Shown here piece by piece: positions 27,128-45,120 of a stretch of 64,000 nucleotides of DNA. The position numbers and the translations under genes were made by a program. Position 1 is the first letter of the stretch, and every line of letters starts with the position of its first letter. Source of the stretch: the human T2T-CHM13v2.0 reference genome, Homo sapiens; assembly GCF_009914755.1 (NCBI RefSeq), contig NC_060927.1; one strand, 5' to 3'. Below the pieces are notes generated by a model. That model was not told the origin of the DNA. It ran no database searches and saw only the letters and a program-made list of their open reading frames with translations.

Positions 27128-27654
27128 GATTAATAATAAAACCACAAAGCACACACACAAAAAAAAGAAGTTCAACTTGGAAAGCGATATGTTTTAATAG
27201 TAGTCTTATGTTTCACTTGGAAGGCTTGAATAATAATGAATATGACAGGTCTTGGCTACAGGGGTAGAGAGAGACATGGAGAAGCATTGAGTCAGAAGTC
27301 AGGTAGCAATCAGGCTCCGATGACATGCGGGCATGAACAGGCTGCTCTCTAGGACTGGTTTGTAGACACCGTTTTGTTACCACTCTTGGGTAATCTCAGT
27401 GTGGATACTACAGCTGCTAACCTGCAGTTGCATGGTGATTCAGGCTCTTTAAATTTATGGTAATATAAGCATAGAAATGAATCTGCATATATAGGCATCG
27501 AACTCTTCACAGTAGTTACCCTAGGGGTGGGAACAGGTAGGACGTTCGCCTCCTAACGTTTGACTTCTTTAGAGTGAGAATGCATTGTGTGTCTAGAGAG
27601 AAAAATTTTAAAAGATAAATACTAAAGAAAAAATTAGGAAGATAAAAAATCAAA

Positions 27655-27905
27655 AAGGTTAAGAGTTGAGTTCTAAGATCAGGATTCAATCCAGGATTGA
27701 ATTCCAGCTCTGCTACTTACTAACTGGCTGACTTTGGGCCACTTAATTAACCTGTCTAACATTTAGTTTTCTTGTCTCTGACATAGGGACAGTAACAGTC
27801 CCCACCTGATACAGGTGTTGTAAGGATTGAATGAAACATTTCACAGTAGTCATTCAGCACAGTAGTAAGGTAGGAAGGAGCCAATAAACAGTGATTGCTA
27901 TTAAA
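27655..27905 (+). mobile_element. MIR
   Basis: ccagctctgctacttactaactggctgactttgggcc...gttgtaaggattgaatga. Confidence 0.8.
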
Positions 27906-28080
27906 TTAGTAAATTATTATTTAATACTTAGAATTATACAAATAATGGCTATTAATCATAATGATAGTAAGAATTGATATGTTTCAGTAATGTTTGACTT
28001 TTTACTATAAGTGTGCATTACTTTTGTAAGACAGAAAATGCTAATGATCAGTTTTAAAAAATAGTTTATACAGTTAGTTA

Positions 28081-28496
28081 TAGTTGACCCTTGAACCACA
28101 TGGGGGTTGGGGTCCCAGCCCACCCTGTAGTCAAAAATCCAAGTACAACTTTTGACTACCCTAAAAACTTAACTAGCCTTCTGTTGACTGGAAGCCTTAC
28201 TGATATCAGAAACAATTAACATATATTTTGTATGTTATATGTATCATATAGTGTATTCTTACAATAAATAAGCTAGCCAAAAGAAAATGCTATTAAGAAA
28301 ATCATAAGGAAGAGAAAATATATTTACTATTCATTAAGTGGAAGTGGATCATCAAAAGTCTTTATCTTCCTTGCTTTCATGTTGAGGAGGAAGTAGAAGA
28401 GTTCGTCTTGCTGTCTTAGGGGTAGCAGAGGTGGAAGAAAATCCACACGTAAGGGGACCCACGCAGCTCAAACCTGTTTTCTTCAAAGGTCAACTA
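28081..28496. mobile_element. Tigger2a/MER28-like TcMar DNA transposon
   Basis: TIRs tagttgacccttgaa / ttcaaaggtcaacta with TA flanks. Confidence 0.85.
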
Positions 28497-28508
28497 TATT
28501 TTCACAAC

Positions 28509-28882
28509 TGTGATGGTTAACCTCATGTGTCAACTTGGCTAGGCTATGGTGCCCAGCTGTTCGGTCAAACATCCATCTAGATGTTGCCGTGAAGGTATAT
28601 GTCAGATGTGATAAGAAATTAAATCAGTAGATTTAAATCTACATTGAGTAAAGCAAACTACCATCCATAATGTAAGTGGGCCTCCAACAATCAATTATTT
28701 GAAGGTCTTAGGAGAAAAGACTGAGATTCTCCGAGAAACAAGGAATTTTGCTTCTAGATTGCTTTCAAACACAGGACTGCCATAACAACTCTTCCTAGAA
28801 TTTTGAGCCTGTCCCACAGATTTCAGCATTGCCAGTTCCCACTGTTACATGAGCTAATTCCTTAAATTTCTCTCTCACTCTC

Positions 28883-28917
<35 letters not shown>

Positions 28918-28966
28918 CATACAACCACATCCTACTGGTTCTGTTTCTCTGGAGATCTCTAATAGA
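28509..28966 (+). mobile_element. MLT2D-like solo LTR (ERVL) containing (CA)n at about 28886-28915
   Basis: tgtgatggttaacctcatgtgtcaacttggctagg...ctggttctgtttctctggaga; 5-bp TSD ACAAC. Confidence 0.87.
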
Positions 28967-29453
28967 ACAACCAATTACAAGTGCTAAAAAAAATGCTAAG
29001 TTCTTCACTGAATTTGCCCTTCACTCCAAGTTAGACAGGATCACCAATATTATTCCCCTTTTTTGGGTGAGAAACTTGAGGCCTACAAAAGCCAAGTGCC
29101 TTACCCATAGCCAAAAAAAATTGTTCATAGCACAATTGAGGTACGAACCCTTAGGGCAGCTGATTCTAGTTCCTGTAGAACTGGTAACGTGGTACCACAA
29201 TCACCTTCCAGCTCATTAATATCTAGCTCCAGGTAACTCTGGGGGCATCAATGGCCAAGTGTTATGAGGTGGGCTTCCTAAGGAAGGCTCCTGTACATCT
29301 TCTGAGAGCATCCCACTCATACGCAGGTGTAACCTATATATCCTCTCTCCTTTCTCTTGAAACCTGGCCTCTGGATGTTCTTCATCTACTCTCTATCGTT
29401 ATTCTGGACTCTCTAAGAAGTGGATGGGTGGCTGGACTCTCTAAGAAGTGGAT

Positions 29454-29763
<310 letters not shown>

Positions 29764-30623
29764 TTAGGCCTCCAGCAAAACTGGCTACTTAAGAGGGAAA
29801 ATGAGAATACAGGCAAATTTTGTGTTTATACATGCACATACACACATACACATAATTTTTCTCTCACTTTGTCTGTAAGGTAAAGGAGTAGGGAAACCAT
29901 AGTCTTGTAGCGTGAAAGGTTCTTAATGCCTACCTACTACTGTGCCATCTTGCTTAGGAACACATTATTTTCCTCTAGGTTACTATAGAACAGTCTATGT
30001 TGTGCAAAGAAATCACAAACAGGCATGTGTCACAACTCAGTCATAACACATCCCTCTGGTTTTCTGGAGCTGTTAGATCTAGCTCCATTTCCTTCCTCTG
30101 TCCTTACCTTACTTCAAGGTCAAACAGTCTGGGTTAGAGCGCTTGGTGACAGAGTAAGAAAGAACCGTGTTTGAGGTGGACTTGGGTTTTAGTCTCAAAT
30201 TCAGCATCTACTCCAAGGCATTTGTCCTCCATTATATTTCAGATCTGAAGGTCATTTCACAGTTTCTGAACATCGTCACACAAATTCGTGTTTGAAATTC
30301 ACAAGATAGTAAAGTTAAGGTAAAGATTATTTTCTCCAATATGTATTATTGTCTTCAATACGTATTACTCTAAGATTATTTCTCCAATATGCTAAGATTC
30401 AAAGAGATAAAGTGGTCTTGACAAACAGCACAGCTAGGGGAGTGGCAGTCGATGTCCGAGGATTCTAAATCCAAGGCTTTCCCTTCGACACCACATTGTG
30501 TCTTTCAATCAACAAATGCTTTTTCTAAAAAACATCTAACATGTGCTTGATACAGCGATGAACAAAGCCGACAGTTCCTGCTCTCCTGGAGCTTACATTC
30601 TACCGGGGTCACTTTCTGAATGA

Positions 30624-31167
<544 letters not shown>

Positions 31168-31506
31168 AAGTGAATCAACGATTCTCTTCAATCTACGTAT
31201 AAAGAATAGAATCTAAAATTCAGTTTAAAGTAAGAAACACCAAATATACATGATGTTGGTTCTGTCATGTAGAAACTGTATGGTGAATTGAAATAGGAAG
31301 TTGAAGAGATTTCTCCAAAGGAAAAGTTTTAAAAACACTAATTCAGGCAATGTGAAAGAAGATTTGTCCAGCTACAAGCGAGACTGATAAATTGCTGTAA
31401 TAACAACAATACGCTACTTGTAAATACTGTTTTCACGTTATTGTGGCCTCTGAATTTCCCAGTAGTCCAGTCAAGGAAAATGAGAACCACATACTCAGAT
31501 AACTAA

Positions 31507-31752
<246 letters not shown>

Positions 31753-32326
31753 GCCTGATTTTTTAACTTAAATGTCTAACTTCTGCAAAAGCAAGGAATC
31801 CTTGCAGGTAAAAAAAAAAAAAAAAATAATACAAGTCTTAGTAAGACAGTGGGATAGCTAATTCTAGAGTTTTCTTTTCCAAGCCGAGAGAGTAAAGTGG
31901 AAGTGAGGTTACTGTCCTGAGCCTTGCAACTATGACCCTCAGGGCTATCTGGTTACCCGAGGTGGCACTGTTTACCAGGGCTTGGAGCAACAGCTTTCTC
32001 AGGCCTTGACAGATAGAAAATGGCTTGTCCAATTGAGTCTTCCCTTCTTTTTGGTAGTAACGAGCCAGGCTTTTCCTTAAACACAAATTTTTGGACGCTA
32101 ATCAACTCTCATGGAAAGAATGAACAGGAAATTGAATAATAATAAGCTAACCAGTAGCTAGGAATAAGTTTTAACATTATATTTGCACCCATAAACATGT
32201 GTGACCTTAGACAAGTTATTTTGGCCCTCAATTTCCTCATATGTAAAATGAGAAGGGTGGATTAGATGTCTTATGAAATCCTATGAATCACAAGTTGAGA
32301 AAATAAATGATGCTCGTTGCGATTAA

Positions 32327-32761
<435 letters not shown>

Positions 32762-34559
32762 CTAGGCTGCATGAGCTCTTATCTTGGAGTCAAGTGCTAA
32801 AAATCTAAATCAGCAATAAAAATACATAAATAAAAAGCTGGGAGTTTACAGAGCAAGGGCAGAGGTTGTGCCCCTGTCTGATTTTACTCTGCTTGTGGTC
32901 AAGGTTGCCTTTTGTTACAAGTGAGCCCAATTACAATCTCTGGAGGGCCCTGCGCAACCCACTTATTGTGATTAAAAGGTCACTTGAAGCCCTGTCTGAG
33001 TTGTTTATCTTACCAAAGGTGGTAGAGGTTGCAGTTAAATGTACAGGTATTCTCAGGATCTGGAATCTTTATTTTCTTTGGGTGTTTGTGTTTTGGGGGC
33101 TGGTGGCTAGGTTGATCCTGTCAGTTTAGGAGGGTGTGTGTGTTTGGCACAGGCCTCAAATCAAAACCAGCAACTTTGGTTTACAGACTTTCAATCTGCA
33201 AAGTTTTTCTGAAGACACTCAGCTTTCCAATTTATCCTAAGTTCTAGGGGGATTCCAATAAATGACTAGCAAATCCAAGAGCGATGCTGTCACTCTCTCC
33301 GGTGAAGACGATGACAGGGCCCTCCTTGGTTGTCTGGCAACCTGATGACTTCCCTTGGCCCTGAAACTCTCCCACCAACTTGAATGAAAGAGGTAACTTT
33401 CGGGAAATCCTTGGACCCTGGGTCTGTTGCACCCCAGCTGGCTTCCAGAGCCTTGGTTTTCATACCTCACTGTGGTCTGGGAAATTCCTCAGAAAAATTT
33501 GTTAAGACAATGTTTTTATCAGTGGATCGTATCAGAAAGTAGGCAATTTTCATTTCAGGGATGAACAAGACAAATGGAGCGTTCCTTACCCACGGCAGGA
33601 ATAAAATATGCAACTTATTATCCAGTAATAAGGCTCAGATTAGAAAAATTGGTTATTATTTTATGGCCCTTAATGAACCAGGTCAAGCAAACTCGATGCT
33701 CCCAAGTAACCCTGAAACCAGGTGGTTCTAGCTCTTTAGGCTCCCTTCCCAAAAATCTGTACAGCAGCTTCCTGGAGCTGGCTGGAAGGAGTTGAGACTG
33801 TTGGAATTTGGCCTGGGTCTGTAAGTCTTTAGCTAACAGGGGCCTAATTCAACACTTCTTCAAAAAATCAAAAAGACAACGAGTGTACTTTTAAATCACC
33901 CTGAGGTTTGCAATCTTTTTGATGTCTTACTCTCTCTGCAGAAGAAGACCTCCATTTTTCTTATCATCTGCAGCACCTCTCTAGGTGAGCTATAGAATGT
34001 GTCGTGCCTTAAAAAAAAGTCTCATTGTCTGAGCCTCTCATACTTGTCTTTCAGCATGCTGATTTGCTCTGGCTACACTTCTGGAAACTGGCAGCCTTAG
34101 GGAGGATTTTGTGACCAGTATTATGATTTTGTTGTGAGCTTGCCAGTCCTCTTCTGATTCCGGTTGAGTCAGTCTTGTTGAGTCTTGATGCTTATTCTCT
34201 CTTTGTTTACTCCACAGGAGATTTCATCACAGTGCCTCCGGCAATGGACTGCATACAATTTTCTGTATAGATGATGGGACTCGATCTTAAAATGTATTCC
34301 AAGTATTGGGCAATCCCTTTTCAACCTCCTTCCCAAATAGTACTTTTTAAAAATTATTATACTTTAAGTTCTGGGATACATGGGCAGAACGTGCAGGTTT
34401 GTTACATAGGTATACATGTGCTATGGTGGTTTGTTGCACCCTTCAATCAGTCATCTAGATTAGGTATTTCTCCTAATGCTATCCCTCCCCTAGCCTCCCA
34501 CCCCCTGACAGGCCCCACTGTGTGATGTTCCCCTCCCTGTGTCCACGTGTTCTCATTGT

Positions 34560-38384
<3,825 letters not shown>

Positions 38385-38447
38385 TATGATGTTAGCTGGT
38401 TATTTTGCTCGTTAGTTGATGCAGTTTTTTCCTAGCATCGATAGTCT

Positions 38448-39463
38448 TTACAATTTGGCATGTTTTTGCAGTGGCTGGTACCAGTTGCTCCTTTCCATGT
38501 TTAGTGCTTCTTTCAGGAGCTCTTTTAGGGCAGGCCTGGTGGTGACAAAATTTCTCAGCGTTTGCTTGTTTGTAAAGGATTTTATTTCTCCTTCACTTAT
38601 AAAGCTTAGTTTGGCTGGATATGAAATTCTGGGTTGAAAATTCTTTTCTTTAAGAATGTTGAATATTGGCCCCCACTCTCTTCTGGCTTGTAGATTTTCT
38701 GCCAAGAGATCAGCTGTTAGTCTGATGGGCTTCCCTTTTGGGTAACCGGACCTTTCTCTCTGGCTGCCCTTAACATTTTTTCCTTCATTTCAACTTTGGT
38801 GAATCTGACAATTATGTGTCTTGGAGTTGCTCTTCTCGAGGAGTATCTCTGTGGAGTTCTCTGTATTTCCTGAATTTGAATGTTGGCCTGCCTTGCTAGG
38901 TTGGGGAAGTTCTCCTGGATAATATCCTGCAGAGTGTTTTCCAACTTGGTTCCATTCTCCCCATCACTTTCAGGTACACCAATCAGACATAGATTTGGTC
39001 TTTTCACATAGTCCCATATTTCTTGGAGGCTTTGTTCATTTCTTTTTATTCTTTTTTCTCTAAACTTCTCTTCTCACTTCATTTCATTCATTTGATCTTC
39101 AATCACTGATATCCTTTCTTCCAGTTGATCAAATTGGATACTGAGGCTTGTGCATTTGTCACGTAGTTCTTGTGCCTTGGTTTTCAGCTCCATCAAGTCC
39201 TTTAAGGACTTCTCTGCATTGGGTATTCTAGCTAGCCATTCGTCTAATCTTTTTTCAAGGTTTTTAACTTCTTTGCTATGGGTTCGAACTTCCTCCTTTA
39301 GCTGGGAGAAGTTTGATCATCTGAAACCTTCTTCTCTCAGCTCGTCAAAGTCATTCTCCATCCAGCTTTGTTCCATTGCTGGTGAGGAGCTGTGTTCCTT
39401 TGGAGGAGGAGAGGCACTCTGATTTTTAGAATTTTCAGTTTTTCTGTTCTGTTTTTTCCCCGT
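38448..39463 (-). pseudogene. L1 ORF1 of the inner (younger) unit, disrupted
   Basis: Fragments GKKQNRKTENSKNQSASPPPKE, KRPNLCLIGVPESDGENG, ARREWGPIFNILKEKNFQPRISYPAKLSF; start codon reads ACG. Confidence 0.93.
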
Positions 39464-40033
39464 CTTTGTGGTTTTATCTACCTTTGGTCTTTGATGATGG
39501 TGACGTACAGATGGGGTTTTGGTGTGGATGTCCTTTCTGTTAGTTTTCCTTCTAAGACTCAGGATCCTCAGCTGTAGGTCTGTTGGAGTTTGCTGGAGGT
39601 CCACTCCAGACCTTGTTTGGCTGGGTATCAGCAGCAGAGGCTGCAGTACAGCAAATATTGCTGAACAGTGAATGTTGCTGCCTGATTGTTCCTCTGTAAG
39701 TTTCGTCTCAGAGGGGTACCCAGCTGTGTGAGGTGTCAGTCTGCCCCTACTGAGGGGGTGCCTCCCAGTTAGGCTACTCGGGGGTCAGGGACCCACTTGA
39801 GGAGGCAGTCTGTCCGTTCTCAGATCTCAAACTCCGTGCTGGGAGAACCACTACTCTCTTCAAAGCTGTCAGATGGGGACATTTGTCTGCAGAGGTTTCT
39901 GCTGCCTTTTGCTCAGCTATGCCCTGCCCCCAGAGGTGGAGTCTACAGAGGCAGGCTGGCCTCCTTGAGCTGTGGTGGGCTCCACCCAGATTGAGCTTCC
40001 AGGCCACTTTGTTTACCTACTCAAGCCTCGGCA

Positions 40034-40504
40034 ATGGCGGGTGCCTGTCCCCCAGCCTCGCTGCCACCTTGCAGTTTGATCTCAGACTGCTGTGCTAGCA
40101 ATGAGCGAGGCTCTGTGGGTGTGGGACCCTCTAAGCCATGCACGGGATATAATCTCCTGGTGTGCCGTTTGCTAAGACCATTGGAAAAGTGCAGTATTGG
40201 GGTGGGAGGGACCCGATTTTCCAGGTGCCTTCTGTCACAGCTTTGCTTGGCTAGGAAAGGGAATTCCCTGACCCCTTGTACTTCCCAGGTGAGGCAATGC
40301 CTCACCCTGCTTCAGCTCATGCTTGGTGCGCTGCTCCCACTGTCCTGCACCCACTGTCCAACAAGCCCCAGCGAGATGAACCCGGTACCTCAGTTGGAAA
40401 TGCAGAAATCACCAGTCTTCTGCGTTGCTCATGCTGGGAGCTGTAGACTGGAGCCGTTCCTATTTGGCCATCTTGGAACCGCCCCCCCGAAAATTCTTTT
40501 ATGA
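40034..40504 (+). CDS. ORF0: L1 ORF0 homologue, extended to 156 aa (putative; expression unknown)
   Basis: ATG in gcaATGg context; N-terminus MAGACPPASLPPCSLISDCCASNERGSVGVGPS matches recalled L1 ORF0. Confidence 0.45.
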   Translation: MAGACPPASLPPCSLISDCCASNERGSVGVGPSKPCTGYNLLVCRLLRPLEKCSIGVGGTRFSRCLLSQLCLARKGNSLTPCTSQVRQCLTLLQLMLGALLPLSCTHCPTSPSEMNPVPQLEMQKSPVFCVAHAGSCRLEPFLFGHLGTAPPKILL

Positions 40505-41299
40505 ATGTTGAATATTGGTCCCCACCTCTTCTTGCTTGTAGGGTTTCTGCAGAGAGATCCGCTGTTAGTCTGATGGGCTTCCCTTTGTGGGTAACCCAAC
40601 CTTTCTGGCTGCCCTTAACATGTTTTTTGTCATTTCAACCTTGGTGAATCTGAGGATTATGTGTTTTGGGGTTGCTTTTATCGAGGAGTATCTTTGTGGT
40701 GTTCTCTGTATTTCCTGAATTTGAATATTGTCCTGTCTTGCTAGGTTGGGGAAATTCTCCTGAATAATATCCTGAAGAATGTTTTCCCACTTGGTTCTAT
40801 TCTCCCTGTCACTTTCAGGTACACAAATCAAATGTAGGTTTGGTCTTTTCACATAGTCCCATATTTCTTGGAGGCTTTGTTTGTTCCTTTTCATACTTTT
40901 TTCTCTAATCATGTATTCATGCTTTATTTCATTAAGTTGATCTTCAATCTCTGATACCCTTTCTTCCACTTGATCAGTTCTGCTATTGGTACTTGTGTAT
41001 GCTTCATGGAGTTCTCACGCTGTGTTTTTCAGCTCTATCAGGTCATTTATGTTCTTCTCTAAACTGGCAATTCCTCTAAACTTTCTTCAAGGTTTTTATC
41101 TTCCTTGCATTGGGTTAGAACATGCTCCTTTAGCTCAGAGGAGTTTGTTATTAACCACTTTCTGAAGGCTACTTTGGTCCGTTTGTCAAACTTCTTCTCA
41201 GTTTTGTTCCCTTCCTGGCGAGGAGTTGTGATCCTTTGGAGGAGAAAAGCCATTCCAGTTTTTGGAATTTTCAGCCTTTTTGCACTGGTTTTTCCTTAT
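40489..41299 (-). pseudogene. Truncated L1 ORF1 of the outer (older) unit
   Basis: RKNQCKKAENSKN..., EERVSEIEDQLNEIK...WDYVKRPNL; cut at the inner L1 5' end; start codon reads ATA. Confidence 0.9.
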
Positions 41300-41524
41300 G
41301 TTCATGGATTTATCTGCCTTTGGTCTTTGATGTTGGTAACCTTCGGATGGGGTTTTTGTGTGGATGTCCTTTTTGTTGATGTTGATGCTATTCCTTTCCA
41401 TTTGTTAATTTTCCTTCTAACATTCAGGCCCCTCTGCTGAAGGTCTGCTGGAGTTTGCTGGAGGTCCACTCCAGACCCTGTTTGCCTGGGTATCACCAGC
41501 AGAAGCTGCAGAACAGCAAAGATT

Positions 41525-41909
<385 letters not shown>

Positions 41910-42334
41910 TCAGAGCTCTTCTGTGTGAGGTGTCCGTTGACCCCTGCTGGGCGGTGTCTCCAAGTTAGGAAGCATGGGGGTCAGGGACCCACTTCAGGGG
42001 GCAGTCTGTCCCCAGCAGAGCTTGAGTGCTATGCTGGGAGATCTGTTGCTTTCTTCAGAGCTGGCAGGCAGGAACATTTAAGTCTGCTGAAGCTGTGCCC
42101 AGAGCTGCCTCTTCCTGTAGGTGCTCTGTGCCAGGGAGATGGGAATTTTATCTGTAAGCCCCTGACTGGAGCTGCTGCCTTTCTCTCAGGGATGCCCTGC
42201 CCAGAGAGGAGAAATCTAGAGAGGCAGTCTGGCTACAGCAGCTTTGCCAAGCTGCGGTGGGCTCTGCCCAGTTCGAACTTCCCAATGGCTTTGTTTACAC
42301 TGTGAGGGGAAAACCACCTACTCAAGCCTCAGTA

Positions 42335-42553
42335 ATGGCAGACGCCCCTGCCCCCACCAAGGTCGAGCATCCCAGGTTGACTTCAAACTGCTATGCTGGC
42401 AGCGAGAATTTCAAGCCAGTGGATCTTAGCTTGCTGGGCTCCGTGGGGGTGGGTTCCGCTGAGCTAGACCACTTGGCTCCCTGGCTTCCGACTCCTTTCC
42501 AAGGGAGTGAACAGTTTTGTTTTGCTGGCATTCCAGGCGCCACTGGGGTATGA
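42335..42553 (+). CDS. ORF0-equivalent frame of the outer L1PA7-like 5'UTR (72 aa, putative)
   Basis: gtaATGg at the same context (ctcaagcctc..aatggc) as the inner ORF0; MADAPAPTKVEHPRLTSNCYAGSE...SVGVGS. Confidence 0.3.
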   Translation: MADAPAPTKVEHPRLTSNCYAGSENFKPVDLSLLGSVGVGSAELDHLAPWLPTPFQGSEQFCFAGIPGATGV

Positions 42554-43859
42554 AAACAAACTCCTGCAGCTAGCTTGGTGTCTACCCAAATGGCCACCCA
42601 GTTTTGTGCTTGAAATCCAGGGCACTGGTGGTGTAGGCACTGAGGGAATCTCCTGGTCTGTGGGTTGCGAAGATTGTGAGGAAAGCATAGTATCTGGGCT
42701 GGAATGCACCATTCCTTACAACGCAGTCCCTCACGGCTTCCCTTGGCTAGGAGAGGGAGTTCCCCGACCCCTTGCACTTTCCAGCTGAGGCGATGCCCCA
42801 CCCTGCTTCAGCTCGCCCTCCGTGGGCTGCACCGACTGTCTAACCAGTCCCAGTGAGATGAGCTGGGCACCTCAGTTGGAAATGCAGAAATCACCTGCCT
42901 TCTGTGTTGATCTCCCTGGGAGCTACAGACCAGAGCTGTTCCTATTCAGCCATCTTGCCAGTCCAGTAATCCAAAATAGTACTTACATTCTCTCTCTTTT
43001 TTTTTTTTTAACCTGCTTTCGATGTCAGGTTTTGCCTCCCCTGCATATAAAAGAAGTTTGTGCTGGATTTTCTGGCCCTGAATTAAGAGTGACGTGGTTG
43101 GAGGGGTAGAGAGTGCCTTTCTTGGGAAGTTTGTTTCCCATCCTTTGGGTGAGTTGATTCCATCATGAAGACGGTAGTCTTGTGACCAATATGAGAAGGA
43201 ACCATTCCAATTTAACAGCTGGACTCAAACAGTACGGATGTGGTGACGTGAGTGCCATTGGCTAGCCCTTGGGTTAGATTCTCCAATCTAGGTCTCCATG
43301 AGAGCTGGAATCTTTTACCACTTGAGGGTCTCCAGTATAATAAAGAATAACTCTTCCAGCCAGCAGATCAGATCTCCAGAGACAGGGGTTTTCCTATACT
43401 CAAAGGAAGAGAACAGGGAGGCCTCTTACCATTAATCAACATCAAGTGTATTCTGGGAAGTCCCAGTTAGTGTTTCGGGGCCTACAAATCCCAGTTCTGG
43501 GCTAATTCCAAACCCCAAGGGATCTTGGAGCAAGGTTGCTTCAGTCCATTTGAAATATTTTCCAAGAACATGAAGAACGTCTTCAGGTGAGTCTAGTCCC
43601 CCTTTCTTGAGCTGCAGTTGTGAAGATTGATATCTTGGACTTGGCTCATGCTCCCATTTTTCTTTTCTGCTGTTATTATTCTTCTAGGAGAGATTCAAGT
43701 TCTCTTTTCTGGTTTTGGAAACAATGATGAGTTCAGGCTATCTCTGCATTTTAGTTTAAAAATACAGTATCTGAGAATGAATTTACAGGGTAAAAATTCC
43801 TAGCATGTGTCAACAAAGGGGAGATGCACTGTTATTTCTCGGTTCTAAATTCTGTGACT

Positions 43860-44380
43860 CTGTGATGGTTTCCTACTCCACTCAGGGTAAAAGCTAAAGT
43901 CCTTACAGGGAGTTCAAGCTCAATACTCCTGACCTTGTGCATTCTGACCTCATCGATGGATTCCCGCCCCTGTACCCCCGCTTATCCTTGCTGTTTCTTG
44001 ACCATACCAGGGATGTGCTTGCCTCAGAGCCTTTGCTTTAGCAGTTCCCTCTGCCCCCAGATATCCACATGGCCCACTCCTTCATCTCTAACAGCTCACT
44101 TTTCAATGAGGCCTTCCCTGACTCTGTTTAACACTGCCACCTGCCTTTCCAGTCCTCCCAGCACTCCTGACTGCCCTACTGTGGTGTGCTTACTTTTTTC
44201 CAAAGCACTTAGAAATATAATGTAACTTAATTATTTTTATGTTGTTGTTTTTCTCCATTATGCCAGAATGTAAACTCCATAGAAGAAGCAATTTTTGTCT
44301 GCTGTGTTCACTGATAAATCCCACATGCCTAGAACAGTGTCATTGTGCAGGGTACACAGAAGGGTCTCAACAAATATATG
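43860..44380 (+). mobile_element. L2 fragment
   Basis: gcctcagagcctttgc...aggccttccctgac...gaatgtaaactccatagaag...cctagaacagtg. Confidence 0.75.
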
Positions 44381-44381
44381 G

Positions 44382-44933
44382 TAGGTCTTCCCTTAACATC
44401 ACTGATAATAGGTTCTTAGGAAATGACTTGATATAATTTTATCATAGGCCAATTGATAAACAAGAATTAAGTTTCTACAGCTTATTTCTGGTCGCAAAAA
44501 CATCACCAGATTTATAAATAAAGACCAAGACACCTCTGATATTAAACATTGAAATAAATGTGAGTTATACATACATTTAGGAAAGATTCATAAAAACAAG
44601 TAAGATAATGATTTACCCACTTATTCCAATTGAGGGTCTTGGGTGGCCAGAGCCCATCCTGACAGCTCAGAGCAAATGACAGGAACCCACTCTGGACAGG
44701 CTGCCTTCCCATCATGGGGCACACTCACACACCCATAGTCACACACCCACATTCACTCACACTGGGACTATGTAGATATACCACTTAAGCTAACATGCAC
44801 AGGTTTGGGAGGAAACTGGAGGGCTCGGATAAAACCCACACAGACCCCACACAGTGGCCCTGGCTGGGATGTGATATTTTCTCATTGACATCCTAGCTAA
44901 ATGACATTGAACGGAATGACATTCGAGGATTTG
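44382..44933. mobile_element. MER6A-like TcMar-Tigger element
   Basis: gggtggccagagcccatcctgacagctcag...ggaggaaactggag...aaaacccacacagac. Confidence 0.75.
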
Positions 44934-44934
44934 G

Positions 44935-45120
44935 TGTGTGCATATATGTATGTGTATGTAAATACACAGATATGTGTGTATATTTACATACATGTAAGTG
45001 TATATTTACATATGTACAAATATATGTGAATATATTCACATAAATATTCACATAAATATATGTGACTATGTATATATATATGTGCATATAGATTTATGTG
45101 TATAAATATAAATATATTTA
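44935..45120. repeat. (TA/TG)-rich low-complexity microsatellite
   Basis: Seen directly. Confidence 0.9.

Noticed and set aside
30323-30391. Short degenerate direct repeats (also 14519-14548, 50081-50115, 55411-55438)
   Set aside because: Ordinary slippage duplications with no further structure.
38636-40500. GAAAATTCTTTT at 38636 and 40489 read as a TSD around a 5'UTR+ORF1-only insertion
   Set aside because: The 38636 copy is the inner L1's own ORF1 sequence, and younger-type diagnostics appear to continue to about 36790, well beyond it.
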